Part shown: positions 18,469 through 32,300 of the stretch, in pieces
How the letters are laid out: each line of letters opens with the position of its first letter
Position numbering within the stretch: the first letter of the stretch is position 1
The notes under the pieces: generated by a model
What the model saw: only the letters and a program-made list of their open reading frames with translations
What the model was told of the DNA's origin: nothing
Database searches by the model: none
Translations under genes and position numbers: made by a program
NCBI GenBank assembly: GCA_040954595.2
Contig: CM082576.2
Span: 6,947,129-7,011,128, forward strand
Direction: 5' to 3'
Origin: Balanoglossus misakiensis
Lineage: Eukaryota; Animalia; Hemichordata
Length of the DNA stretch: 64,000 bases

Positions 18469-19984
18469 CTTTCATTTTTATTGTTGAGATTTGTAATCTT
18501 TACCCATTTACCACAACTGCAATCAATAAAACGTTATCGAAACGTACTAGTATAACCCGAGTGGTTTATTTTGCATCTAGTACAACCTGACATTCGTCTT
18601 TGTGGTACAGTGATCGCGGTAGACGTTTTATTTCGTGTTCATGAATATTCACTTTTATTTGCTTGTTTTGCAGATGCAGAGACCAGAGTTTTTTTTCGCC
18701 ATGCAGCGGTATAGCTGGGTGAGGTAAGGGCAGGTATGTTCCATGACTGAACGATCATGATTATTGCATACATTCACTTCATTTCCTTGTTTTGCAGATC
18801 CAGAGACGAGATCAACTCATAATACTATTCATCAACAAAGCTGGGGCCTAAGCTACTAGTTGTTTTCGCCATACAGCAGTACAGCTGGCCGGTGCGGTAA
18901 GGGCAGTATCTTCAATGGCTGAACGAAGACCAGAGGTTTCAAGTAAGGTTTGACAAGCGATATAGACATCAAAGCCCCTCTTTTCATGCATGGAGGCCAT
19001 TTTGAAGTTTTTGTTTTTTCGATTCAGACTGATGCCGTTTCCCAGTCGAGCGAACCGATTTTTCACAAACCTGCATGTAACAATATGGAACCGGTAAAAT
19101 ATGTGGATGTTTTAAAATCGACCTGACTGCTAGATGCAAGGTGTGGCCATTTTTTTTATGGCACAAACATGTCGGCCATCTTTACATACTTTTCATTTAT
19201 TCCAGAGATTCCATAGATGATGCTAAGATGATTGCCAGCCAGTGTGATTGATGTCCAGAGATTACCGTATGGTTGTGGGAAGGTAAGAATTGTGGGAAAG
19301 AAAATTGAAGCAATGACTGAGACAATACATGGAAGGGGTGGGGTGTATTTGTTCACGATGTCCAGGAGTTCAATGTCGGTTCAACTAAGTGCAATTATAA
19401 GCTTATATGGACAGATCTCTATCGTTATTACAGTAGAATTGAATCAAATTGCCAAATAGAGAGTGAAATTCCGGGCAGCCATACAGATTTGCCTGATTAC
19501 CTTCTGCGAATGAACAACTATTGGCTGTACAGTGATGATCATGCTTTGTTTCATGTCCATGGATATTAAAGACAGTCATTTTTACATTTCTTGTTTTGCA
19601 GATGCAAATACCAGATGGGTATCCGGCAACCAAGCTTAGGACGAAGTGTCCATTTACCGCGATGCAGCTGTAACTGTTACTGGTAGTCTGCAGTGACCAC
19701 CTAACATCTAATGACAATAGTATTTCCATTGATGTTTACTAAGCTGATGCAATGCTATGGTTGGAAAATTTGGCATGATTGTGTAAATTACAACTCATTG
19801 ATTTTCTTTCCTTTTTCATATTGTAAGTCTACAGATAACACTGTATACATGTATTCTCTTTGAGATTAAAATTTTCAATGGACTAGATTAAACTGAAATA
19901 ATTGTGTCTGTATCATTTTATTACCCCAACACTGCGTTGATGTTGAGACAATTTAAACGGGTAAAGTCAAATGTCAAATTTTGC

Positions 19985-20347
19985 AAATCATCCACAAATG
20001 ACAATTTTTCGACTTTCCGAAATTACAAAATTTCTTCATTTTTTGAAAAAATCATGGGTTATAGCTCATGAAAATCATCCACAAATGACAATTTTTCGAC
20101 TTTCCGAAATTTCAAAATTTCTTCATTTTTTGAAAAAATCATGGGTTATAGCTCATGAAAATCATCCACAAATGACAATTTTTCGACTTTCCGAAATTTC
20201 AAAATTTCTTCATTTTTTGAAAAAATCGTGAAAATCATCCACAAATGACAATTTTTCAACTTTCCGAAATTTCAAAATTTCTTCATTTTTTGAAAAAATC
20301 ATGGGTTATAGCTGATGAAAATCATCCACAAAAGACGAAATTTCAAA
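19985..20347 (+). repeat. 87-bp satellite, ~4 copies in + orientation
   Basis: Unit AAATCATCCACAAATGACAATTTTTCGACTTTCCGAAATTTCAAAATTTCTTCATTTTTTGAAAAAATCATGGGTTATAGCTCATGA; one copy has an internal deletion. Confidence 0.97.
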
Positions 20348-23300
20348 TGAGCTATAACCCATGATTTTTTCAAAAAATGAAGAAATTTTGAAATTTCGGA
20401 AAGTCGAAAAATTGTCATTTGTGGATGATTTTCACGAGCTATAACCCATGTTTTTTTCAAAAAATGAAGAAATTTTGAAATTTCGGAAAGTCGAAAAATT
20501 GTCATTTGTGGATGATTTTCATGAGCTATAACCCATGATTTTTTCAAAAAATGAAGAAATTTTGAAATTTCGGAAAGTCGAAAAATTGTCATTTGTGGAT
20601 GATTTTCATGAGCTATAACCCATGATTTTTCAAAAAATGAAGAAATTTTTAAATTCCGGAAAGTCGAAAAATTGTCATTTGTGGATGATTTTCATGAGCT
20701 ATAACCAATGATTTTTTCAAAAAATGAAGAAATTTTGAAATTTCGGAAAGTCGAAAAATTGTCATTCGTGGATGATTTTCATGAGCTATAACCCATGATT
20801 TTTTCAAAAAATGAAGAAATTTTGAAATTTCGGAAAGTCGAAAAATTGTCATTTGTAGATGATTTTCATGAGCTATAACCCATGATTTTTTCAAAAAATG
20901 AAGAAATTTCGAAATTTCGGAAAGTCGAAAAATTGTCATTCGTGGATGATTTTCATGAGCTATAACCCATGATTTTTTCAAAAAATGAAGAAATTTCGGA
21001 AAGTCGAAAAATTGTCATTCGTGGATGATTTTCATGAGCTATAACCCATGATTTTTTCAAAAAATGAAGAAATTTTGAAATTTCGGAAAGTCGAAAAATT
21101 GTCATTTGTGGATGATTTTCATGAGCTATAACCCATGATTTTTTCAAAAAATGAAGAAATTTTGAAATTTCGGAAAGTCGAAAAATTGTCATTTGTGGAT
21201 GATTTTCATGAGCTATAACCCATGATTTTTTCAAAAAATGAAGAAATTTTGAAATTTCGGAAAGTCGAAAAATTGTCATTTGTGGATGATTTTCATGAGC
21301 TATAACCCATGATTTTTTCAAAAAATGAAGAAATTTTGAAATTTCGGAAAGTCGAAAAATTGTCATTTGTGGATGATTTTCATGAGCTATAACCCATGAT
21401 TTTTTCAAAAAATGAAGAAATTTTGAAATTTCGGAAAGTCGAAAAATTGTCATTCGTGGATGATTTTCATGAGCTATAACCCATGATTTTTTCAAAAAAT
21501 GAAGAAATTTTGAAATTTCGGAAAGTCGAAAAATTGTCATTTGTGGATGATTTTCATGAGCTATAACCCATGATTTTTTCAAAAAATGAAGAAATTTTGA
21601 AATTTCGGAAAGTCGAAAAATTGTCATTTGTGGATGATTTTCATGAGCTATAACCCATGATTTTTTCAAAAAATGAAGAAATTTTGAAATTTCGGAAAGT
21701 CGAAAAATTGTCATTTGTGGATGATTTTCATGAGCTATAACCCATGATTTTTTCAAAAAATGAAGAAATTTTGAAATTTCGGAAAGTCGAAAAATTGTCA
21801 TTTGTGGATGATTTTCATGAGCTATAACCCATGATTTTTTTAAAAAAAGAAGAAATTTTGAAATTTCGGAAAGTCGAAAAATTGTCATGTGTGGATGATT
21901 TTCATGAGCTATAACCCATGATTTTTTCAAAAAATGAAGAAATTTTGAAATTTCGGAAAGTCGAAAAATTGTCATTTGTAGATGATTTTCATGAGCTATA
22001 ATCCATGATTTTTTCAAAAAATGAAGAAATTTCGAAATTTCGGAAAGTCGAAAAATTGTCATTCGTGGATGATTTTCATGAGCTATAACCCATGATTTTT
22101 TCAAAAAATGAAGAAATTTCGGAAAGTCGAAAAATTGTCATTCGTGGATGATTTTCATGAGCTATAACCCATGATTTTTTCAAAAAATGAAGAAATTTTG
22201 AAATTTCGGAAAGTCGAAAAATTGTCATTTGTGGATGATTTTCATGAGCTATAACCCATGATTTTTTCAAAAAATGAAGAAATTTTGAAATTTCGGAAAG
22301 TCGAAAAATTGTCATTTGTGGATGATTTTCATGAGCTATAACCCATGATTTTTTCAAAAAATGAAGAAATTTTGAAATTTCGGAAAGTCGAAAAATTGTC
22401 ATTTGTGGATGATTTTCATGAGCTATAACCCATGATTTTTTCAAAAAATGAAGAAATTTTGAAATTTCGGAAACTCGAAAAATTGTCATTTGTGGATGAT
22501 TTTCATGAGCTATAACCCATGATTTTTTCAAAAAATGAAGAAATTTTGAAATTTCGGAAAGTCGAAAAATTGTCATTTGTGGATGATTTTCATGAGCTAT
22601 AACCCATGATTTTTTCAAAAAATGAAGAAATTTTGAAATTTCGGAAAGTCGAAAAATTGTCATTTGTGGATGATTTTCATGAGCTATAACCCATGATTTT
22701 TTCAAAAAATGAAGAAATTTTGAAATTTCGGAAAGTCGAAAAATTGTCATTTGTAGATGATTTTCATGAGCTATAACCCATGATTTTTTCAAAAAATGAA
22801 GAAATTTTGAAATTTCGGAAAGTCGAAAAATTGTCATTTGTGGATGATTTTCATGAGCTATAACCCATGATTTTTTCAAAAAATGAAGAAATTTTGAAAT
22901 TTCGGAAAGTCGAAAAATTGTCATTTGTGGATGATTTTCATGAGCTATAACCCATGATTTTTTCAAAAAATGAAGAAATTTTGAAATTTCGGAAAGTCGA
23001 AAAATTGTCATTTGTGGATGATTTTCATGAGCTATAACCCATGATTTTTTCAAAAAATGAAGAAATTTTGAAATTTCGGAAAGTCGAAAAATTGTCATTT
23101 GTTGATGATTTTCATGAGCTATAACCCATGATTTTTTCAAAAAATGAAGAAATTTTGAAATTTCGGAAAGTCGAAAAATTGTCATTTGTGGATGATTTTC
23201 ATGAGCTATAACCCATGATTTTTTCAAAAAATGAAGAAATTTTGAAATTTCGGAAAGTCGAAAAATTGTCATTTGTGGATGATTTTCATGAGCTATAACC

Positions 23301-26300
23301 CATGATTTTTTCAAAAAATGAAGAAATTTTGAAATTTCGGAAAGTCGAAAAATTGTCATTTGTAGATTATTTTCATGAGCTATAACCCATGATTTTTTCA
23401 AAAAATGAAGAAATTTTGAAATTTCGGAAAGTCGAAAAATTGTCATTTGTGGATGATTTTCATGAGCTATAACCCATGATTTTTTCAAAAAATGAAGAAA
23501 TTTTGAAATTTCGGAAAGTCGAAAAATTGTCATTTGTAGATGATTTTCATGAGCTATAACCCATGATTTTTTCAAAAAATGAAGAAATTTTGAAATTTCG
23601 GAAAGTCGAAAAATTGTCATTTGTGGATGATTTTCATGAGCTATAACCCATGATTTTTTCAAAAAATGAAGAAATTTTGAAATTTCGGAAAGTCGAAAAA
23701 TTGTCATTTGTGGATGATTTTCATGAGCTATAACCCATGATTTTTTCAAAAAATGAAGAAATTTTGAAATTTCGGAAAGTCGAAAAATTGTCATTTGTGG
23801 ATGATTTTCATGAGCTATAACCCATGATTTTTTCAAAAAATGAAGAAATTTTGAAATTTCGGAAAGTCGAAAAATTGTCATTTGTGGATGATTTTCATGA
23901 GCTATAACCCATGATTTTTTCAAAAAATGAAGAAATTTTGAAATTTCGGAAAGTCGAAAAATTGTCATTTGTGGATGATTTTCATGAGCTATAACCCATG
24001 ATTTTTTCAAAAAATGAAGAAATTTTGAAATTTCGGAAAGTCGAAAAATTGTCATTTGTGGATGATTTTCATGAGCTATAACCCATGATTTTTTCAAAAA
24101 ATGAAGAAATTTTGAAATTTCGGAAAGTCGAAAAATTGTCATTTGTGGATGATTTTCATGAGCTATAACCCATGATTTTTTCAAAAAATGAAGAAATTTT
24201 GAAATTTCGGAAAGTCGAAAAATTGTCATTTGTAGATGATTTTCATGAGCTATAACCCATGATTTTGTCAAAAAATGAAGAAATTTTGAAATTTCGGAAA
24301 GTCGAAAAATTGTCATTTGTGGATGATTTTCATGAGCTATAACCCATGATTTTGTCAAAAAATGAAGAAATTTTGTAATTTCGGAAAGTCGAAAAATTGT
24401 CATTTGTAGATGATTTTCATGAGCTATAACCCATGATTTTGTCAAAAAATGAAGAAATTTTGAAATTTCGGAAAGTCGAAAAATTGTCATTTGTGGATGA
24501 TTTTCATGAGCTATAACCCATGATTTTTTCAAAAAATGAAGAAATTTTGAAATTTCGGAAAGTCGAAAAATTGTCATTTGTGGATGATTTTCATGAGCTA
24601 TAACCCATGATTTTTTCAAAAAATGAAGAAATTTTGAAATTTCGGAAAGTCGAAAAATTGTCATTTGTGGATGATTTTCATGAGCTATAACCCATGATTT
24701 TTTCAAAAAATGAAGAAATTTTGAAATTTCGGAAAGTCGAAAAATTGTCATTTGTTGATGATTTTCATGAGCTATAACCCATGATTTTTTCAAAAAATGA
24801 AGAAATTTTGAAATTTCGGAAAGTCGAAAAATTGTCATTTGTGGATGATTTTCATGAGCTATAACCCATGATTTTTTCAAAAAATGAAGAAATTTTGAAA
24901 TTTCGGAAAGTCGAAAAATTGTCATTTGTGGATGATTTTCATGAGCTATAACCCATGATTTTTTCAAAAAATGAAGAAATTTTGAAATTTCGGAAAGTCG
25001 AAAAATTGTCATTTGTGGATGATTTTCATGAGCTATAACCCATGATTTTTTCAAAAAATGAAGAAATTTTGAAATTTCGGAAAGTCGAAAAATTGTCATT
25101 TGTGGATGATTTTCATGAGCTATAACCCATGATTTTTTCAAAAAATGAAGAAATTTTGAAATTTCGGAATGTCGAAAAATTGTCATTTGTGGATGATTTT
25201 CATGAGCTATAACCCATGATTTTTTCAAAAAATGAAGAAATTTTGAAATTTCGGAATGTCGAAAAATTGTCATTTGTGGATGATTTTCATGAGCTATAAC
25301 CCATGATTTTTTCAAAAAATGAAGAAATTTTGAAATTTCGGAAAGTCGAAAAATTGTCATTTGTGGATGATTTTCATGAGCTATAACCCATGATTATTTC
25401 AAAAAATGAAGAAATTTTGAAATTTCGGAAAGTCGAAAAATTGTCATTTGTGGATGATTTTCATGAGCTATAACCCATGATTTTTTCAAAAAATGAAGAA
25501 ATTTTGAAATTTCGGAAAGTCGAAAAATTGTCATTTGTGGATGATTTTCATGAGCTATAACCCATGATTTTTTCAAAAAATGAAGAAATTTTGAAATTTC
25601 GGAAAGTCGAAAAATTGTCATTTGTGGATGATTTTCATGAGCTATAACCCATGATTTTTTCAAAAAATGAAGAAATTTTGAAATTTCGGAAAGTCGAAAA
25701 ATTGTCATTTGTGGATGATTTTCATGAGCTATAACCCATGATTTTTTCAAAAAATGAAGAAATTTTGAAATTTCGGAAAGTCGAAAAATTGTCATTTGTG
25801 GATGATTTTCATGAGCTATAACCCATGATTTTTTCAAAAAATGAAGAAATTTTGAAATTTCGGAAAGTCGAAAAATTGTCATTTGTGGATGATTTTCATG
25901 AGCTATAACCCATGATTTTTTCAAAAAATGAAGAAATTTTGAAATTTCGGAAAGTCGAAAAATTGTCATTTGTGGATGATTTTCATGAGCTATAACCCAT
26001 GATTTTTTCAAAAAATGAAGAAATTTTGAAATTTCGGAAAGTCGAAAAATTGTCATTTGTGGATGATTTTCATGAGCTATAACCCATGATTTTTTCAAAA
26101 AATGAAGAAATTTTGAAATTTCGGAAAGTCGAAAAATTGTCATTTGTGGATGATTTTCATGAGCTATAACCCATGATTTTTTCAAAAAATGAAGAAATTT
26201 TGAAATTTCGGAAAGTCGAAAAATTGTCATTTGTGGATGATTTTCATGAGCTATAACCCATGATTTTTTCAAAAAATGAAGAAATTTTGAAATTTCGGAA

Positions 26301-29300
26301 AGTCGAAAAATTGTCATTTGTGGATGATTTTCATGAGCTATAACCCATGATTTTTTCAAAAAATGAAGAAATTTTGAAATTTCGGAAAGTCGAAAAATTG
26401 TCATTTGTGGATGATTTTCATGAGCTATAACCCATGATTTTTTCAAAAAATGAAGAAATTTTGAAATTTCGGAAAGTCGAAAAATTGTCATTTGTGGATG
26501 ATTTTCATGAGCTATAACCCATGATTTTTTCAAAAAATGAAGAAATTTTGAAATTTCGGAAAGTCGAAAAATTGTCATTTGTGGATGATTTTCATGAGCT
26601 ATAACCCATGATTTTTTCAAAAAATGAAGAAATTTTGAAATTTCGGAATGTCGAAAAATTGTCATTTGTGGATGATTTTCATGAGCTATAACCCATGATT
26701 TTTTCAAAAAATGAAGAAATTTTGAAATTTCGGAATGTCGAAAAATTGTCATTTGTGGATGATTTTCATGAGCTATAACCCATGATTATTTCAAAAAATG
26801 AAGAAATTTTGAAATTTCGGAAAGTCGAAAAATTGTCATTTGTGGATGATTTTCATGAGCTATAACCCATGATTTTTTCAAAAAATGAAGAAATTTTGAA
26901 ATTTCGGAAAGTCGAAAAATTGTCATTTGTGGATGATTTTCATGAGCTATAACCCATGATTTTTTCAAAAAATGAAGAAATTTTGAAATTTCGGAAAGTC
27001 GAAAAATTGTCATTTGTGGATGATTTTCATGAGCTATAACCCATGATTTTTTCAAAAAATGAAGAAATTTTGAAATTTCGGAAAGTCGAAAAATTGTCAT
27101 TTGTGGATGATTTTCATGAGCTATAACCCATGATTTTTTCAAAAAATGCAGAAATTTTGAAATTTCGGAAAGTCGAAAAATTGTCATTTGTGGATGATTT
27201 TCATGAGCTATAACCCATGATTTTTTCAAAAAATGAAGAAATTTTGAAATTTCGGAAAGTCGAAAAATTGTCATTTGTGGATGATTTTCATGAGCTATAA
27301 CCCATGATTTTTTCAAAAAATGAAGAAATTTTGAAATTTCGGAATGTCGAAAAATTGTCATTTGTGGATGATTTTCATGAGCTATAACCCATGATTTTTT
27401 CAAAAAATGAAGAAATTTTGAAATTTCGGAATGTCGAAAAATTGTCATTTGTGGATGATTTTCATGAGCTATAACCCATGATTTTTTCAAAAAATGAAGA
27501 AATTTTGAAATTTCGGAATGTCGAAAAATTGTCATTTGTGGATGATTTTCATGAGCTATAACCCATGATTTTTTCAAAAAATGAAGAAATTTTGAAATTT
27601 CGGAAAGTCGAAAAATTGTCATTTGTGGATGATTTTCATGAGCTATAACCCATGATTATTTCAAAAAATGAAGAAATTTTGAAATTTCGGAAAGTCGAAA
27701 AATTGTCATTTGTGGATGATTTTCATGAGCTATAACCCATGATTTTTTCAAAAAATGAAGAAATTTTGAAATTTCGGAAAAGTCGAAAAATTGTCATTTG
27801 TGGATGATTTTCATGAGCTATAACCCATGATTTTTTCAAAAAATGAAGAAATTTTGAAATTTCGGAAAAGTCGAAAAATTGTCATTTGTGGATGATTTTC
27901 ATGAGCTATAACCCATGATTTTTTCAAAAAATGAAGAAATTTTGAAATTTCGGAATGTCGAAAAATTGTCATTTGTGGATGATTTTCATGAGCTATAACC
28001 CATGATTTTTTCAAAAAATGAAGAAATTTTGAAATTTCGGAAAGTCGAAAAATTGTCATTTGTGGATGATTTTCATGAGCTATAACCCATGATTTTTTCA
28101 AAAAATGAAGAAATTTTGAAATTTCGGAAAGTCGAAAAATTGTCATTTGTGGATGATTTTCATTTTCATGAGCTATAACCCATGATTTTTTCAAAAAATG
28201 AAGAAATTTTGAAATTTCGGAAAGTCGAAAAATTGTCATTTGTGGATGATTTTCATGAGCTATAACCCATGATTTTTTCAAAAAATGAAGAAATTTTGAA
28301 ATTTCGGAAAGTCGAAAAATTGTCATTTGTGGATGATTTTCATGAGCTATAACCCATGATTTTTTCAAAAAATGAAGAAATTTTGAAATTTCGGAAAGTC
28401 GAAAAATTGTCATTTGTGGATGATTTTCATGAGCTATAACCCATGATTTTTTCAAAAAATGAAGAAATTTTGAAATTTCGGAAAGTCGAAAAAGTGTCAT
28501 TTGTGGATGATTTTCATGAGCTATAACCCATGATTTTTTCAAAAAATGAAGAAATTTTGAAATTTCGGAAAGTCGAAAAATTGTCATTTGTGGATGATTT
28601 TCATGAGCTATAACCCATGATTTTTTCAAAAAATGAAGAAATTTTGAAATTTCGGAAAGTCGAAAAATTGTCATTTGTAGATGATTTTCATGAGCTATAA
28701 CCCATGATTTTGTCAAAAAATGAAGAAATTTTGAAATTTCGGAAAGTCGAAAAATTGTCATTTGTGGATGATTTTCATGAGCTATAACCCATGATTTTGT
28801 CAAAAAATGAAGAAATTTTGTAATTTCGGAAAGTCGAAAAATTGTCATTTGTAGATGATTTTCATGAGCTATAACCCATGATTTTGTCAAAAAATGAAGA
28901 AATTTTGAAATTTCGGAAAGTCGAAAAATTGTCATTTGTGGATGATTTTCATGAGCTATAACCCATGATTTTGTCAAAAAATGAAGAAATTTTGAAATTT
29001 CGGAAAGTCGAAAAATTGTCATTTGTGGATGATTTTCATGAGCTATAACCCATGATTTTTTCAAAAAATGAAGAAATTTTGAAATTTCGGAAAGTCGAAA
29101 AATTGTCATTTGTGGATGATTTTCATGAGCTATAACCCATGATTTTTTCAAAAAATGAAGAAATTTTGAAATTTCGGAAAGTCGAAAAATTGTCATTTGT
29201 TGATGATTTTCATGAGCTATAACCCATGATTTTTTCAAAAAATGAAGAAATTTTGAAATTTCGGAAAGTCGAAAAATTGTCATTTGTGGATGATTTTCAT

Positions 29301-32300
29301 GAGCTATAACCCATGATTTTTTCAAAAAATGAAGAAATTTTGAAATTTCGGAAAGTCGAAAAATTGTCATTTGTGGATGATTTTCATGAGCTATAACCCA
29401 TGATTTTTTCAAAAAATGAAGAAATTTTGAAATTTCGGAAAGTCGAAAAATTGTCATTTGTGGATGATTTTCATGAGCTATAACCCATGATTTTTTCAAA
29501 AAATGAAGAAATTTTGAAATTTCGGAAAGTCGAAAAATTGTCATTTGTGGATGATTTTCATGAGCTATAACCCATGATTTTTTCAAAAAATGAAGAAATT
29601 TTGAAATTTCGGAATGTCGAAAAATTGTCATTTGTGGATGATTTTCATGAGCTATAACCCATGATTTTTTCAAAAAATGAAGAAATTTTGAAATTTCGGA
29701 ATGTCGAAAAATTGTCATTTGTGGATGATTTTCATGAGCTATAACCCATGATTTTTTCAAAAAATGAAGAAATTTTGAAATTTCGGAAAGTCGAAAAATT
29801 GTCATTTGTGGATGATTTTCATGAGCTATAACCCATGATTATTTCAAAAAATGAAGAAATTTTGAAATTTCGGAAAGTCGAAAAATTGTCATTTGTGGAT
29901 GATTTTCATGAGCTATAACCCATGATTTTTTCAAAAAATGAAGAAATTTTGAAATTTCGGAAAGTCGAAAAATTGTCATTTGTGGATGATTTTCATGAGC
30001 TATAACCCATGATTTTTTCAAAAAATGAAGAAATTTTGAAATTTCGGAAAGTCGAAAAATTGTCATTTGTGGATGATTTTCATGAGCTATAACCCATGAT
30101 TTTTTCAAAAAATGAAGAAATTTTGAAATTTCGGAAAGTCGAAAAATTGTCATTTGTGGATGATTTTCATGAGCTATAACCCATGATTTTTTCAAAAAAT
30201 GAAGAAATTTTGAAATTTCGGAAAGTCGAAAAATTGTCATTTGTGGATGATTTTCATGAGCTATAACCCATGATTTTTTCAAAAAATGAAGAAATTTTGA
30301 AATTTCGGAAAGTCGAAAAATTGTCATTTGTGGATGATTTTCATGAGCTATAACCCATGATTTTTTCAAAAAATGAAGAAATTTTGAAATTTCGGAAAGT
30401 CGAAAAATTGTCATTTGTGGATGATTTTCATGAGCTATAACCCATGATTTTTTCAAAAATGAAGAAATTTTGAAATTTCGGAAAGTCGAAAAATTGTCAT
30501 TTGTGGATGATTTTCATGAGCTATAACCCATAATTTTTTCAAAAAATGAAGAAATTTTGAAATTTCGGAAAGTCGAAAAATTGTCATTTGTGGATGATTT
30601 TCATGAGCTATAACCCATGATTTTTTCAAAAAATGAAGAAATTTTGAAATTTCGGAAAGTCGAAAAATTGTCATTTGTGGATGATTTTCATGAGCTATAA
30701 CCCATGATTTTTTCAAAAAATGAAGAAATTTTGAAATTTCGGAAAGTCGAAAAATTGTCATTTGTGGATGATTTTCATGAGCTATAACCCATGATTTTTT
30801 CAAAAAATGAAGAAATTTTGAAATTTCGGAAAGTCGAAAAATTGTCATTTGTGGATGATTTTCATGAGCTATAACCCATGATTTTTTCAAAAAATGAAGA
30901 AATTTTGAAATTTCGGAAAGTCGAAAAATTGTCATTTGTGGATGATTTTCATGAGCTATAACCCATGATTTTTTCAAAAAATGAAGAAATTTTGAAATTT
31001 CGGAAAGTCGAAAAATTGTCATTTGTGGATGATTTTCATGAGCTATAACCCATGATTTTTTCAAAAAATGAAGAAATTTTGAAATTTCGGAAAGTCGAAA
31101 AATTGTCATTTGTGGATGATTTTCATGAGCTATAACCCATGATTTTTTCAAAAAATGAAGAAATTTTGAAATTTCGGAATGTCGAAAAATTGTCATTTGT
31201 GGATGATTTTCATGAGCTATAACCCATGATTTTTTCAAAAAATGAAGAAATTTTGAAATTTCGGAATGTCGAAAAATTGTCATTTGTGGATGATTTTCAT
31301 GAGCTATAACCCATGATTATTTCAAAAAATGAAGAAATTTTGAAATTTCGGAAAGTCGAAAAATTGTCATTTGTGGATGATTTTCATGAGCTATAACCCA
31401 TGATTTTTTCAAAAAATGAAGAAATTTTGAAATTTCGGAAAGTCGAAAAATTGTCATTTGTGGATGATTTTCATGAGCTATAACCCATGATTTTTTCAAA
31501 AAATGAAGAAATTTTGAAATTTCGGAAAGTCGAAAAATTGTCATTTGTGGATGATTTTCATGAGCTATAACCCATGATTTTTTCAAAAAATGAAGAAATT
31601 TTGAAATTTCGGAAAGTCGAAAAATTGTCATTTGTGGATGATTTTCATGAGCTATAACCCATGATTTTTTCAAAAAATGCAGAAATTTTGAAATTTCGGA
31701 AAGTCGAAAAATTGTCATTTGTGGATGATTTTCATGAGCTATAACCCATGATTTTTTCAAAAAATGAAGAAATTTTGAAATTTCGGAATGTCGAAAAATT
31801 GTCATTTGTGGATGATTTTCATGAGCTATAACCCATGATTTTTTCAAAAAATGAAGAAATTTTGAAATTTCGGAATGTCGAAAAATTGTCATTTGTGGAT
31901 GATTTTCATGAGCTATAACCCATGATTTTTTCAAAAAATGAAGAAATTTTGAAATTTCGGAATGTCGAAAAATTGTCATTTGTGGATGATTTTCATGAGC
32001 TATAACCCATGATTTTTTCAAAAAATGAAGAAATTTTGAAATTTCGGAAAGTCGAAAAATTGTCATTTGTGGATGATTTTCATGAGCTATAACCCATGAT
32101 TATTTCAAAAAATGAAGAAATTTTGAAATTTCGGAAAGTCGAAAAATTGTCATTTGTGGATGATTTTCATGAGCTATAACCCATGATTTTTTCAAAAAAT
32201 GAAGAAATTTTGAAATTTCGGAAAAGTCGAAAAATTGTCATTTGTGGATGATTTTCATGAGCTATAACCCATGATTTTTTCAAAAAATGAAGAAATTTTG

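Larger units (their letters stand above)
15781..19984 (+). repeat. Left arm of the long inverted repeat (non-satellite part)
   Basis: Mirrored ORF pairs such as 18848..19066(-) and 35441..35659(+) (identical), 19403..19729(-) and 34779..35105(+), 16053..16253(-) and 38011..38196(+). Confidence 0.97.
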
